Shown one piece after another: positions 44,693-53,874 of a stretch of DNA of 64,000 nucleotides. The DNA is from Candidatus Falkowbacteria bacterium RIFOXYA2_FULL_38_12 (GTDB lineage: Bacteria > Patescibacteriota > Patescibacteriia > XYB2-FULL-38-15): contig MFGA01000023.1 in NCBI GenBank assembly GCA_001778095.1, positions 46,811-110,810 on the forward strand, written 5' to 3'. Position numbers and translations under genes: made by a program. How positions within the stretch are numbered: position 1 is the first letter of the stretch; each line of letters starts with the position of its first letter. The notes beneath the pieces are model-generated. The model was not told the origin of the DNA. It worked only from the letters and a program-made list of their open reading frames with translations, and made no database searches.

Positions 44693-46219
44693 TTAAAATT
44701 TTTCTAATACCTTTTCTATTATATCATTCCAATTTATCTCATTATTTTCTTCATTAAATTTACTAGATAAAATTTTCATTATCCCTTCTCTTACATTTTC
44801 CAAGGTTGCCATTCCTTCGTTTATATAGCTCTGCGCATCTTCATTTTCTTTAATTATGTCTGTTATGGAGCTTTCCACTAATCCCTTAAAATTATCGATT
44901 TTTTTATTTATCTTTTTAGAATCTTTACCATCTAAATTATTAGTAAAATTTTCAAATTCTGTTTTTTTGAGATTATCCTTCAATGCACTAATATTATTAG
45001 CAATAAAAATTAAAAAATTAATTTCCCTAACAAATTCTCTATTTTTTTCGGGAACTTCTCTATTTTTATCCTTTTTTACATCTCCTTCTCTTGTCTGAGC
45101 AGATGAATCTACTAATTTTATTTCCTCAATAGGCCTACCTTGCCATGGCTTACCCTCTATTTCCTTCCCCGTCAATAGTCTTATTTGCCCTTTTAAAACA
45201 TGATCTTGTATTCTCCTTGCTTCAGTTTTATCTTTAACGGTTAACATCAATTGAGCGATAATCTCACCTTCTTGAGTTACTAGCTCGGATATTATCAGAT
45301 CTCTTTCGTCTTCTGCTTCTCTTAAATATTTTACCTTTTCATTATCTATAGAATCAGTATGACCAAACTTATTTGTGCATTTATATTCTGTATGACTATT
45401 AGGATTATCGCGAGTAGGCGGGTAATTAGTAACATCAAATTTTTTTTCACAAACGGGACAATCCGTACAATAGACTGCTATTGCTTCTTTTATTTTTTGC
45501 AATGATTCATGAAGTGTATCAAGTATTTTTTCTATTTCAAGTAATTCTTTGTTATAATCTTCCTCAAACTTTTCTTCCTTTTTAGTGTTTATAAAATCGT
45601 ATCTTTCCCAAACCTCTTCCAATCCTCCCTCTCCCTCCCACTTCAAGCCAAGTTCGTGACAATTGTCTTTATCCATCGTCTTTATTTTAGACCATACTCT
45701 TTCTAGTGTCTGCCTTATTACATCCCGCTTAATGCTATTTTCCATGTCAGTCGCTACCTGTACTTTTTCATCTTCATCTTCAAAAATTCCCAAATCAATC
45801 ATTTTAATAGCTCCGGTTTCAAATCTTTCTTTTAATGCAATTATTGAATCGACGTTTTGTCCTAAAAATATTTCTGAATAATGTTCTATGATTTCCTTTC
45901 GTGTTTCCTCTTCTGCCTTTTTTGCTTTTTCCACATGCTCTTGATTGGGAGTCCACCTGCCCATCATCATGCCGATAGGAGACTTTTCTTTGATTTTTTG
46001 ACGAAAATAAGTTCCATTATGCTGAATTATATACTTCAAAAAAGGAATTTCTCGTAAAATATTTTCTTCCACTTCCCTTTGTTTCTGTTTATCTTCCAGA
46101 TCATCTGAATCTAAGGTTGCCCAAGATTCCGAAGCAAATGCTAGGTATCTTGCAAAATCTAAAATTTTTTCTTTTTGTATTAATTCCCTTCTCTCTTCTG
46201 ATGGAAATTCATTGACCAT
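44693..46219 (-). CDS. hypothetical highly charged coiled-coil protein with CxxC...CxxC cluster (508 aa)
   Basis: ORF; Cys cluster CTDCPVCEKKF...YKCTNKFGH; no TM; no family recognised. Confidence 0.5.
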   Translation of the reverse strand: MVNEFPSEERRELIQKEKILDFARYLAFASESWATLDSDDLEDKQKQREVEENILREIPFLKYIIQHNGTYFRQKIKEKSPIGMMMGRWTPNQEHVEKAKKAEEETRKEIIEHYSEIFLGQNVDSIIALKERFETGAIKMIDLGIFEDEDEKVQVATDMENSIKRDVIRQTLERVWSKIKTMDKDNCHELGLKWEGEGGLEEVWERYDFINTKKEEKFEEDYNKELLEIEKILDTLHESLQKIKEAIAVYCTDCPVCEKKFDVTNYPPTRDNPNSHTEYKCTNKFGHTDSIDNEKVKYLREAEDERDLIISELVTQEGEIIAQLMLTVKDKTEARRIQDHVLKGQIRLLTGKEIEGKPWQGRPIEEIKLVDSSAQTREGDVKKDKNREVPEKNREFVREINFLIFIANNISALKDNLKKTEFENFTNNLDGKDSKKINKKIDNFKGLVESSITDIIKENEDAQSYINEGMATLENVREGIMKILSSKFNEENNEINWNDIIEKVLEKF

Positions 46220-46222
46220 ATT

Positions 46223-47281
46223 TTATTTCTTAATCGTTAATGTCCCCAGGTAAACAATATTACCTTCGTTGGGATCAACTAAAAGATAGCTGGCAGCGCG
46301 CGCTGTTGGCATTTTTTTAGTCACCCAACTTGCTCCGCCATCCACTGATTTATATATTGTTGAAGAAGTGCCGTAATAAATTTCATTTCCATTTTTTGGA
46401 TTGATGGCTAGAGAATAAATTTGCACATCTCCGGAAGGGGTCAACAAATTCATCGCCTGCCATGTTTCTCCCCCGTCAGTCGTTTTTATCATCCCATATT
46501 TTGTATCAGCCAAAAAAGTATTATCTTTGGAAAGATCGGAAACCATATTCCTTACAGTCTTTGCTCCCTTAAACTCTTTTAATTTGGGGGTTAGGTCAAC
46601 CCAAGTTTTTCCAGCATCAATTGATTTAAAAATTCCGTCTTTAGTTGTTCCTGCGTAAACAATCTTTCTATCTTTTTTGTCAACCAAAATTTTTACCAGA
46701 CCGCTGTCAAACCTATTCGCCACGAGCCAACTGGCTCCACTATCAACTGATTTTAATAAATCTCCCGTGGCAAGACCGGCGTAGATTACCGAAGGATTAT
46801 CCAGGTCAGTCGCCATTGTAGTTATTACTCCCTCAGCCCTTGAATCAACATAAGTCGCCTGCCATGAACGAGCGCAATCTATTGTTTTTAAAATTTTATT
46901 GCCAACTGCGGCATAAATCGCGCATTTATTTTTTGAATCAACGACTATATCATTAACTTTCCCGGAGGCCAAACCGGCGACCCTCTGCCACGATTCCGCA
47001 CCGTCAAGCGTGTAGAGAAGACCATTGTTTGCTGTTCCAAGATAAATTGTTTTTGAGTCTTGCGGATCAAAGACCAAAACCGAAACATCAACATTGGCAA
47101 TATTAACATTGCCTTTGACCGACGAAACCGCGATTTTTTGTTGCCATTTTTCGGCCTTATCAATTGATTTAAACACTCCGCCGGTTCCGCTTGTTTCACT
47201 TGATCCTTTTAGGCTGATACAGCTTGCTCCGGTAAAAACCAAAATGGCGAGCAAGGAGAAAAGAAGATAGACTTTTTTCAT
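46223..47281 (-). CDS. BNR/Asp-box repeat lipoprotein (Ycf48-like beta-propeller)
   Basis: Start moved to MKKVYLLFSLLAILVFTGASC (lipobox) because the upstream 35 codons lie in a palindromic repeat. Six S-x-D-x-G-x-x-W motifs (TLDGAESWQ, TIDCARSWQ, SVDSGASWL, SIDAGKTWV, TTDGGETWQ, SVDGGASWV). Confidence 0.7.
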   Translation of the reverse strand: MKKVYLLFSLLAILVFTGASCISLKGSSETSGTGGVFKSIDKAEKWQQKIAVSSVKGNVNIANVDVSVLVFDPQDSKTIYLGTANNGLLYTLDGAESWQRVAGLASGKVNDIVVDSKNKCAIYAAVGNKILKTIDCARSWQATYVDSRAEGVITTMATDLDNPSVIYAGLATGDLLKSVDSGASWLVANRFDSGLVKILVDKKDRKIVYAGTTKDGIFKSIDAGKTWVDLTPKLKEFKGAKTVRNMVSDLSKDNTFLADTKYGMIKTTDGGETWQAMNLLTPSGDVQIYSLAINPKNGNEIYYGTSSTIYKSVDGGASWVTKKMPTARAASYLLVDPNEGNIVYLGTLTIKK

Positions 47282-47320
47282 AAACACATAAATTTTATAG
47301 GTCTTCAGCCTGCCATGCAG

Positions 47321-47423
47321 GTCGTCATCCTGAACGCAGTGAAGGATCTCGGGCGAATGCCCGCAACATTCTTTTCTAGCCCGCATATGCGGGAGATTCT
47401 TCGCTCCGCTCAGAATGACGCAG
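47321..47423. repeat. palindromic intercistronic element, GTCATYCYGAGC family
   Basis: GTCGTCATCCTGAACGCAGTGAAGGATCTC...CCCGCATATGCGGG...GAGATTCTTCGCTCCGCTCAGAATGACG. It is a near-identical reverse-orientation relative of 21154-21253. Confidence 0.6.
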
Positions 47424-47448
47424 AGAAAACCATTTATTTTGTTAAATT

Positions 47449-48423
47449 CTATAATAGCAACATCAGATTTTCCACAACAAGCCGCGGATTAAAATTTTCT
47501 CCAAGGTATCGGCTGGCTTTTTTTATTTCTCGGGACAGTTTAAAAAACAAACTTCCGTCAAAATTATCGGCTATTTTCTTTAACTCATTTTCAAAAACGG
47601 AATTAAAAACCAACTCTCGGCATCCATTTTGGAGCAATGCCATATCGCGTAAAAGTGTAAGCCAGACATTAAAAAAATTATTCAAAGAAGTGATCAGCTC
47701 TTGCGTATCTTTTTTTTCTTTAAAAACTTTTTCAAAAAAACTCATCTTCTCGGTAAAAGTTTCCGCGCTCATTGCCGTAATCAATCCCGTTGCTGTTTTT
47801 TTGTAATCGGAAAATGATGCCTCGCCCTCTTCATCTTTATTTTTCCAAAAATCAATCGCGAGTCCCGGTTTTCCCCAAGAGGCGCTGGCGAGATCCCGCG
47901 CGTCGTCTCGCTTGGCCCCCAGATCAATCAAGTGTTTATAAATTTCTTCATTGGCCACCGGAAAAAAATTAAAAACTTGGCAACGGGAAACCACTGTCGC
48001 GGGCAGAGAATTAACGCTCGAAGCGATCAAGATTATCACCGTTTTTGCCGTTGGCTCTTCTAAGGTTTTCAAAAGACTGTTAGCCGCCTCAATACTCAAT
48101 AACTCCGCTTCTTCTATAATACCAATTTTATAGGAATTTAAAAAGGAGCTCAAGGATAATTTATGCTCCAGCTCCCTTATTTGCTCAATACCGATGTTTT
48201 TTGTTAATTTATTTTCTTTCTCGTTATATCCTCTTTCCACAAAATGGATGTCGGGATGATTGACAATTGTCTTTTGAAGCAGAATTTCTGAAAAATTTTC
48301 CGCGATTGTCCTTTTGCCCAGTTTTCTCGCTCCACAAAACAAATAAGCGTGAGACACGCTATCGTTTTTGATACTTCTTTCCAAAAAACTGACTATATTT
48401 TTATGACCGATAATGTTTTGCAT
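47449..48423 (-). CDS. holB: DNA polymerase III subunit delta'
   Basis: HAYLFCGARKLGKRT degenerate P-loop, SRCQ sensor motif, ~320 aa. Confidence 0.75.
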   Translation of the reverse strand: MQNIIGHKNIVSFLERSIKNDSVSHAYLFCGARKLGKRTIAENFSEILLQKTIVNHPDIHFVERGYNEKENKLTKNIGIEQIRELEHKLSLSSFLNSYKIGIIEEAELLSIEAANSLLKTLEEPTAKTVIILIASSVNSLPATVVSRCQVFNFFPVANEEIYKHLIDLGAKRDDARDLASASWGKPGLAIDFWKNKDEEGEASFSDYKKTATGLITAMSAETFTEKMSFFEKVFKEKKDTQELITSLNNFFNVWLTLLRDMALLQNGCRELVFNSVFENELKKIADNFDGSLFFKLSREIKKASRYLGENFNPRLVVENLMLLL

Positions 48424-48461
48424 AAGTTTAAATAATCAGCTACCAAACAACCACACAAAAC

Positions 48462-48641
48462 TTGACATTTTCTCTATTTTATGTTTTAAATAAAGGAAAG
48501 GAGGCGAGAAATGAAGCGCTTTATGGTTCCGCGCACAGCTCATTGTCCTGACGGGCAATGAGCTGGGACGTTCATGGCCCCCGCATGAACGTCCTACGGA
48601 GAAGGGGGAGGAGCATCATCTTTAAATGCTCCTTATTTTTT
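48462..48641 (+). other. compact plus-strand unit: promoter (TTGACA-17/18-TTAAAT), SD AAGGAGG, 16-codon ORF MKRFMVPRTAHCPDGQ (48511-48561), two hairpins and intrinsic terminator
   Basis: TTGACA at 48462-48467; AAGGAGG 6 nt before ATG 48511; hairpins CAGCTCATTG/CAATGAGCTG and GGACGTTCATG/CATGAACGTCC; terminator GGAGCAT-N9-ATGCTCC followed by TTATTTTTT (48610-48641). It lies between two minus-strand genes. Confidence 0.45.
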
Positions 48642-48650
48642 ACTTAAATT

Positions 48651-49403
48651 CTAGTATTTTTCTGCGACTTTCCAAACTAAATTAAAAATTGCTCGCAGAG
48701 AATCACTTATATTTTTATTTTCAATAATTACTCCTATGATTTTACCCCTGCAAACACTTATTGAAATTTTATTTCCATAAATAACAATTTCCGTTGAAAA
48801 AGAAAATTTATCTTGCGAAATATAACGTCTTTCAATCACTCCTTCTTTCTGTTTTAATATTGGACCGCTTTTGCTAGTATAAAGAACTTTTATTGGAATA
48901 CTACCTATTCTTTTTAAAAAAGTATGCCTAAAATCATTATCACCAGGAGGAAAAATCTTATAATACTCGTCTAAGGATACTATTTCCTCTAAGCTCTCAC
49001 ACTTTGAGTTCAAAGCATCTTCTCGTATGGCTTCTAAACCATCTATACCTTCAAAAAATCTAACTTTTGGCTTTTCGTCGGCATTAGAAAAAATCATTTT
49101 CAATTCCGGGATCATATCACCAAGCTGTTTGATTTTTGTCCCGACTTCCGCCTCTTCTTTCTTAAGCAAAGTCATTAATTGATCCGGCGACTCGGCAGTA
49201 AAAAATCTCTTTTTTCCTTTTTCAAAAGAGCTCATCAATCCACGACCGATTAAGGATTCTATCATTACATAAGTCGTCGCCCTGTTCACTCCCGCCTTTT
49301 GAGCAATAACCTGAACCGGCGAGGGACCCAACTCCAAAGAAGACAAATAAACCTTTGCCTCTTTGTCTGACAAGCCTAATTTTTGCAATTCTTTATCTAG
49401 CAT
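48651..49403 (-). CDS. TrmB-family transcriptional regulator
   Basis: N-terminal winged HTH (LSDKEAKVYLSSLELGPSPVQVIAQKAGVNRATTYVMIESLIGRGL) and a TrmB C-terminal domain. Confidence 0.7.
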   Translation of the reverse strand: MLDKELQKLGLSDKEAKVYLSSLELGPSPVQVIAQKAGVNRATTYVMIESLIGRGLMSSFEKGKKRFFTAESPDQLMTLLKKEEAEVGTKIKQLGDMIPELKMIFSNADEKPKVRFFEGIDGLEAIREDALNSKCESLEEIVSLDEYYKIFPPGDNDFRHTFLKRIGSIPIKVLYTSKSGPILKQKEGVIERRYISQDKFSFSTEIVIYGNKISISVCRGKIIGVIIENKNISDSLRAIFNLVWKVAEKY

Positions 49404-49591
49404 AAATTTTATTTCTAATTTTAATTGTTATTGAAGATTAACATAATTTGGGAGGGAAAGCAACTTAAAAAATTAGTTAAAAGTGTAAAGTTAAAAATTA
49501 AAAGTTACAGTCCAAAGTTAAAAATTGTCGTTATTTTAACCTTAAACCTTAAACCTTTAACCGTAACTTTTCACTTTGCATTTTTCACTTT

Positions 49592-50989
49592 TCACTTCAA
49601 CAATCCTTCCCCCACTCTCCACACATCCCCTGCTCCCATTGTAATAACAACATCGCCACTTTTTACCTCTTCGGATAAAAAATCCACCACCTCGGGAATT
49701 GTCCCGAGATACAGGGCATCTTTGCCTTGTTTTTTTAATACTTCAACTATATCTCTGGAATGCACCTCGCCTATTTTTTCCCTTGCCGAGCCGTAAATAT
49801 CAAGAACAATTATTTTATCCGCGTCATCAAAGGATTGAATAAAATCCGAAAGCAAAGCTTTTGTTCTGGAAAAGGTGTGTGGATGGAAAATGCACCAAAT
49901 TCTATTTTCAGGATATTTTTCTCTCGCAGCCTTTAAGGTAACCCTGATTTCAGTCGGATGATGGCCGTAGTCATCTATAATCGTAATTCCATCAATTTCC
50001 CCTTTTATCTCAAATCGCCGCACTGTTCCCAGAAAACCGCCAAGCGCTCTTTTTATATCCTCCAGCCTATAACCGAGCTGTGAGGCTGTTGCAACGACCG
50101 CCAGCGCGTTTAAAACATTATGATTGCCAAAAAGTTTAGTTTTAAAAGTTCCTTGGGAAACATTACCCTTAAAAACATCAAATATTGTTTCCCCTCCTTC
50201 TAATTTAATATTTTTCGCTTGCCTCGCCGTAGTTTGACGAAGGCGGGCTTGCCATTCTCCATTATTTAGTCCATAAGAAATTATTTCGCAAGAAGCGTCC
50301 TTGGAAATTTCTTCTACTTTTTTATCATCAAAACACGCTGTTAAAAATCCATCTCGCGGAATCTTTTTGATAAAATCTTGAAACGCCAGAATATAATCAT
50401 TCTCGGTTTTAAAAAAATCGGGATGATCATATTCAACACTGGTTAAAATTATTCCCAAAGGATCAAGATGCAAAAACTTATTTTGATATTCATCAGCCTC
50501 CACAACAATATTCCTTCCCTTGCCAACTCTAGCATTCCCACCGAATTGCGGCACAGCCGAACCAACCACGACCGTGGGGTCGGCTCCAAGCTCGGCCAAG
50601 ACAAAACCAAGCATGGCCGTTGTTGTCGTTTTTCCGTGCGTACCCGAAACGGCGATACACTCCCCTTCTTTGGAAATCAAGCCAAGAGCTTCCGGATAGC
50701 TTAGAATCGGTATGTTTTTATTTTTCGCCATCGCCAACTCTAAATTATTTTCCGCGTAGGCGGTTGAATAAATTATTAGTTCAGGCTTTTCCGCTTCCAG
50801 ATTGGCGAAATTGAAACCTTCGTAAACTTTTATCCCTCTCTTTTTTAATATTTCATCGGTAAAAAACTTTTCTTCTGTGTCCGAACCAACCACTTCCTTG
50901 CCCCTAGAATTAAAAATCTCGGCAAGAGCAGTCATGCCCACACCCTTTACCCCGATCATGTATATTTTTTTATAATCGTTCAAGTTCAT
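49592..50989 (-). CDS. murC: UDP-N-acetylmuramate--L-alanine ligase
   Basis: GVKGVGMTALAE, GTHGKTTTTAM and DDYGHHPTEI motifs. Confidence 0.9.
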   Translation of the reverse strand: MNLNDYKKIYMIGVKGVGMTALAEIFNSRGKEVVGSDTEEKFFTDEILKKRGIKVYEGFNFANLEAEKPELIIYSTAYAENNLELAMAKNKNIPILSYPEALGLISKEGECIAVSGTHGKTTTTAMLGFVLAELGADPTVVVGSAVPQFGGNARVGKGRNIVVEADEYQNKFLHLDPLGIILTSVEYDHPDFFKTENDYILAFQDFIKKIPRDGFLTACFDDKKVEEISKDASCEIISYGLNNGEWQARLRQTTARQAKNIKLEGGETIFDVFKGNVSQGTFKTKLFGNHNVLNALAVVATASQLGYRLEDIKRALGGFLGTVRRFEIKGEIDGITIIDDYGHHPTEIRVTLKAAREKYPENRIWCIFHPHTFSRTKALLSDFIQSFDDADKIIVLDIYGSAREKIGEVHSRDIVEVLKKQGKDALYLGTIPEVVDFLSEEVKSGDVVITMGAGDVWRVGEGLLK

Positions 50990-51008
50990 ATTTAGAGATA
51001 TAAACTTA

Positions 51009-51737
51009 TCACTTTTTAGCTATTGTGACAAGGTTCCATCCATCCCAGGGGCTAGTTTTTCTTCCCCTGTTTGAATAGAAATTTTCTATTATTTTAAAAT
51101 TACTTTTTTTGACTAGACCTCTTAATTCCCTTAAAGTAAAAGCATGCACATACCTCCTCGCCTCCGCCTTCCCGGTCTCAAAATTTTTCCAAGGAATAAG
51201 CGCGTCAAAAAAATCAAGCTTACTTCTAAAAATAATTTTTAAAAAGATATTTTTAAGAACATGGGCTAAATAACTTTTTTGGAATAAATTCCAATTAGTC
51301 ATAATCAAAATTCCATTTTCTTTTAAGGACCTTCCCGCTTTTTCAAGAACCTCTTGCCTTAATCTTTTCCCTGGAATGTGGTGCAAAACAGCAATCATGA
51401 AAATAACGTCGTATTTTTTAGAATCATCGAAATTAAGAACATCTCCAACGTAAAAACGGCGACTATTGCCCTCTCCCCATTCCTTTTTAGCCGCTTCTAT
51501 TAATTTTTCCGAATTATCAATACCAGTATAATCAATTGACTTTTCCTTCAAAAATCCGTATAATCTACCATTACCGCAACCCAGATCCAAAACTCTATCC
51601 CCTTCCTTTATATACTTAACAAAAGTATCCGCTTCTCCCCAAAACGCTTTTTTGCGGGTTAGGGAAAAGCGGTCGGCAATTTTATTGTAATCATTGCTAA
51701 CCTTCAACAATAATTCATTTTCTATTTCTTTCTTCAT
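51009..51737 (-). CDS. class I SAM-dependent methyltransferase
   Basis: VLDLGCGNGR motif I and post-I acidic residue. Confidence 0.7.
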   Translation of the reverse strand: MKKEIENELLLKVSNDYNKIADRFSLTRKKAFWGEADTFVKYIKEGDRVLDLGCGNGRLYGFLKEKSIDYTGIDNSEKLIEAAKKEWGEGNSRRFYVGDVLNFDDSKKYDVIFMIAVLHHIPGKRLRQEVLEKAGRSLKENGILIMTNWNLFQKSYLAHVLKNIFLKIIFRSKLDFFDALIPWKNFETGKAEARRYVHAFTLRELRGLVKKSNFKIIENFYSNRGRKTSPWDGWNLVTIAKK

Positions 51738-51757
51738 ATTTTTTTATTCACAAAAAA

Positions 51758-53365
51758 ATGCAAAATATCCTGGAAAAAATTGTTTATAAGCTTCTCGCGA
51801 AAAATCCTTCAACACGAGATGAACTGGCCGAAATCAAGCGTCAGGTTGCGGGAAAAGAAAAAATGGCTTCCCCTGGTAACGCTAAAATTTTTAATATTTA
51901 TCAAAAACTTTTAAAGAAAAAAAAGATTGGACGAAATGAAAAGCTGGAAGCGATCTTAAAAAAAAGAGCAGTGAGGACAATCTCGGGGGTTGCTCCCGTG
52001 GCGATTCTTACCAAACCTTATCCTTGCCCCGGGAAATGCGCTTACTGCCCTACAGAAAAGGATATGCCTAAAAGCTATTTATCCAATGAACCGGCAGTAA
52101 TGCGAGCTATTCTCTGCGACTTCAGCCCCGTCCGCCAAGTAAACGCGCGCATTAAGGCGCTGGAAGCAAACGGACATCCGACCGACAAACTGGAAATTAT
52201 TGTGATCGGAGGGACATGGTCGGCTCTGCCCCCAACTTACCAAAAATGGTTTATAAAAAAATGCTTTGATACAGCCAACAATATTGATTCTAAAATCAAG
52301 AAAAAAACTAAAAATTTGGCCGAGGCGCAAAAAATAAACGAGACAGCTAAACACCGTATCATTGGCATCACTCTTGAGACGCGTCCGGATTTTATCACCC
52401 CTGAAGAAATAAGGCTAATGCGCGAGCTCGGATGCACAAGAGTTGAGCTGGGAGTGCAAAGCGTCTATGATTCTATTTTACAGAAAAATAATCGCGGACA
52501 CAATGTTTCAAAAACAATAGAGGCAACCAAATTGTTAAAAGACGCCGGCTTTAAGATCTGCTACCATATGATGCCAAACCTGCCGGGATCAACCCCGACC
52601 CTGGATTTAAAAATGTTTAAGGAAATTTTTAATAACCCAAAATTTCAACCTGACATGATTAAGATCTACCCTTGCGTTGTTACGAAGGGATCCGAACTTT
52701 ACAAATGGTGGAAAAGTGGTGAATACAAAAGTTATACAGAGTCCCAACTAATAAATCTTTTGATTAAAATGAAAAAAGTTGTTCCGATTTACGTTCGTAT
52801 TAATCGTTTAATCAGAGATATTCCTACCACAAGTATTGAATCGGGAAACATGGTCTCCAATTTGCGAGAAGTTTTACAGAAAAAAATGCTTGGCGAAGGA
52901 GTAATGTGCAAGTGCATTAGATGTCGGGAAGTTGGACACCAAAAAAATCAAATATCAAATTTTAAATCTATCAAATTATTTACTACCGAATACCTCGCCT
53001 CTGGCGGAAAAGAATATTTTTTAAGTTTTGAGTCGCTTAACAGAAAAATATTGTATGCCTTTCTACGCTTAAGAATTACTGCAATAAATACTATTAATAA
53101 TTTTAAAGAGCTTAAAGACGCCGCCCTTATAAGAGAACTTCATACCTTTGGCCACTTAGTGCCAATAGACGAAACATTTCTGGGAGCCAGCCAACACCTT
53201 GGTTTAGGAAAAAAATTAATGAATGAGGCGGAAAAAATAGTTAAAAAAAATAAACTAAAAAAAATAGCAGTAATATCTGGCGTTGGGGTAAGAGAATACT
53301 ACAAAAAATTAGGGTATAAAAAAGAAAACACTTATATGGTAAAATACCTAGAGAACGATCTCTAG
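51758..53365 (+). CDS. elp3: Elp3-homolog tRNA modification enzyme (radical SAM + GNAT)
   Basis: Radical SAM CPGKCAYCP, the Elp3 central domain, and a C-terminal GNAT fold (AVISGVGVREYYKKLGY). Confidence 0.75.
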   Translation: MQNILEKIVYKLLAKNPSTRDELAEIKRQVAGKEKMASPGNAKIFNIYQKLLKKKKIGRNEKLEAILKKRAVRTISGVAPVAILTKPYPCPGKCAYCPTEKDMPKSYLSNEPAVMRAILCDFSPVRQVNARIKALEANGHPTDKLEIIVIGGTWSALPPTYQKWFIKKCFDTANNIDSKIKKKTKNLAEAQKINETAKHRIIGITLETRPDFITPEEIRLMRELGCTRVELGVQSVYDSILQKNNRGHNVSKTIEATKLLKDAGFKICYHMMPNLPGSTPTLDLKMFKEIFNNPKFQPDMIKIYPCVVTKGSELYKWWKSGEYKSYTESQLINLLIKMKKVVPIYVRINRLIRDIPTTSIESGNMVSNLREVLQKKMLGEGVMCKCIRCREVGHQKNQISNFKSIKLFTTEYLASGGKEYFLSFESLNRKILYAFLRLRITAINTINNFKELKDAALIRELHTFGHLVPIDETFLGASQHLGLGKKLMNEAEKIVKKNKLKKIAVISGVGVREYYKKLGYKKENTYMVKYLENDL

Positions 53366-53392
53366 TTTTAAATCTTTAACCTTTAACTCAAT

Positions 53393-53806
53393 ATGAAGCA
53401 AGACGAAAATAAAGACCTTTTATTGGAAAATGTGCTTATCGCTTCCGGTCCGGTAATTATTGAATGCGACAAAGTTCTTTTAAATAAACATGGCGATAAA
53501 AAGGAATGGAAATTTCCGGGTGGAGATATTTATGAAAAATCAGGAACTTTTGAGGAATGGGCTATCCGACGATCCAAAGAGGAAATGGGAATTGATTGCG
53601 AAATTGTGCGACCACTAAAACCGATGATTTTATGGCACGAAGACAAAACAATTATTTTGATTCATTATTTAGCCAGAAGAATTTCGGATAAAATTGAACC
53701 GGCAAAATTTATAGATGCCTGGGATTGGGTTGATATCAAAAATCTACCGGAAGATTGCGCTCCGAATATAAAACCGGTGATTGACGAATATTTAAAGACG
53801 AGGTAA
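53393..53806 (+). CDS. NUDIX hydrolase
   Basis: Nudix box GGDIYEKSGTFEEWAIRRSKEEMGI (GX5EX7REUXEEXGU). Confidence 0.8.
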   Translation: MKQDENKDLLLENVLIASGPVIIECDKVLLNKHGDKKEWKFPGGDIYEKSGTFEEWAIRRSKEEMGIDCEIVRPLKPMILWHEDKTIILIHYLARRISDKIEPAKFIDAWDWVDIKNLPEDCAPNIKPVIDEYLKTR

Positions 53807-53874
53807 AAAAGTATATGATCTAATTTTTTATACAACCGATCAATTTTATTATCTTTAAATTTAATTATAATTTT

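Noticed and set aside
51738-51757. Strand switch at ~51.75 kb as a replication origin
   Set aside because: The divergent intergenic gap is only 20 nt. There are no DnaA boxes, AT-rich unwinding element or dnaA/dnaN nearby. It is more likely just a divergent promoter junction.
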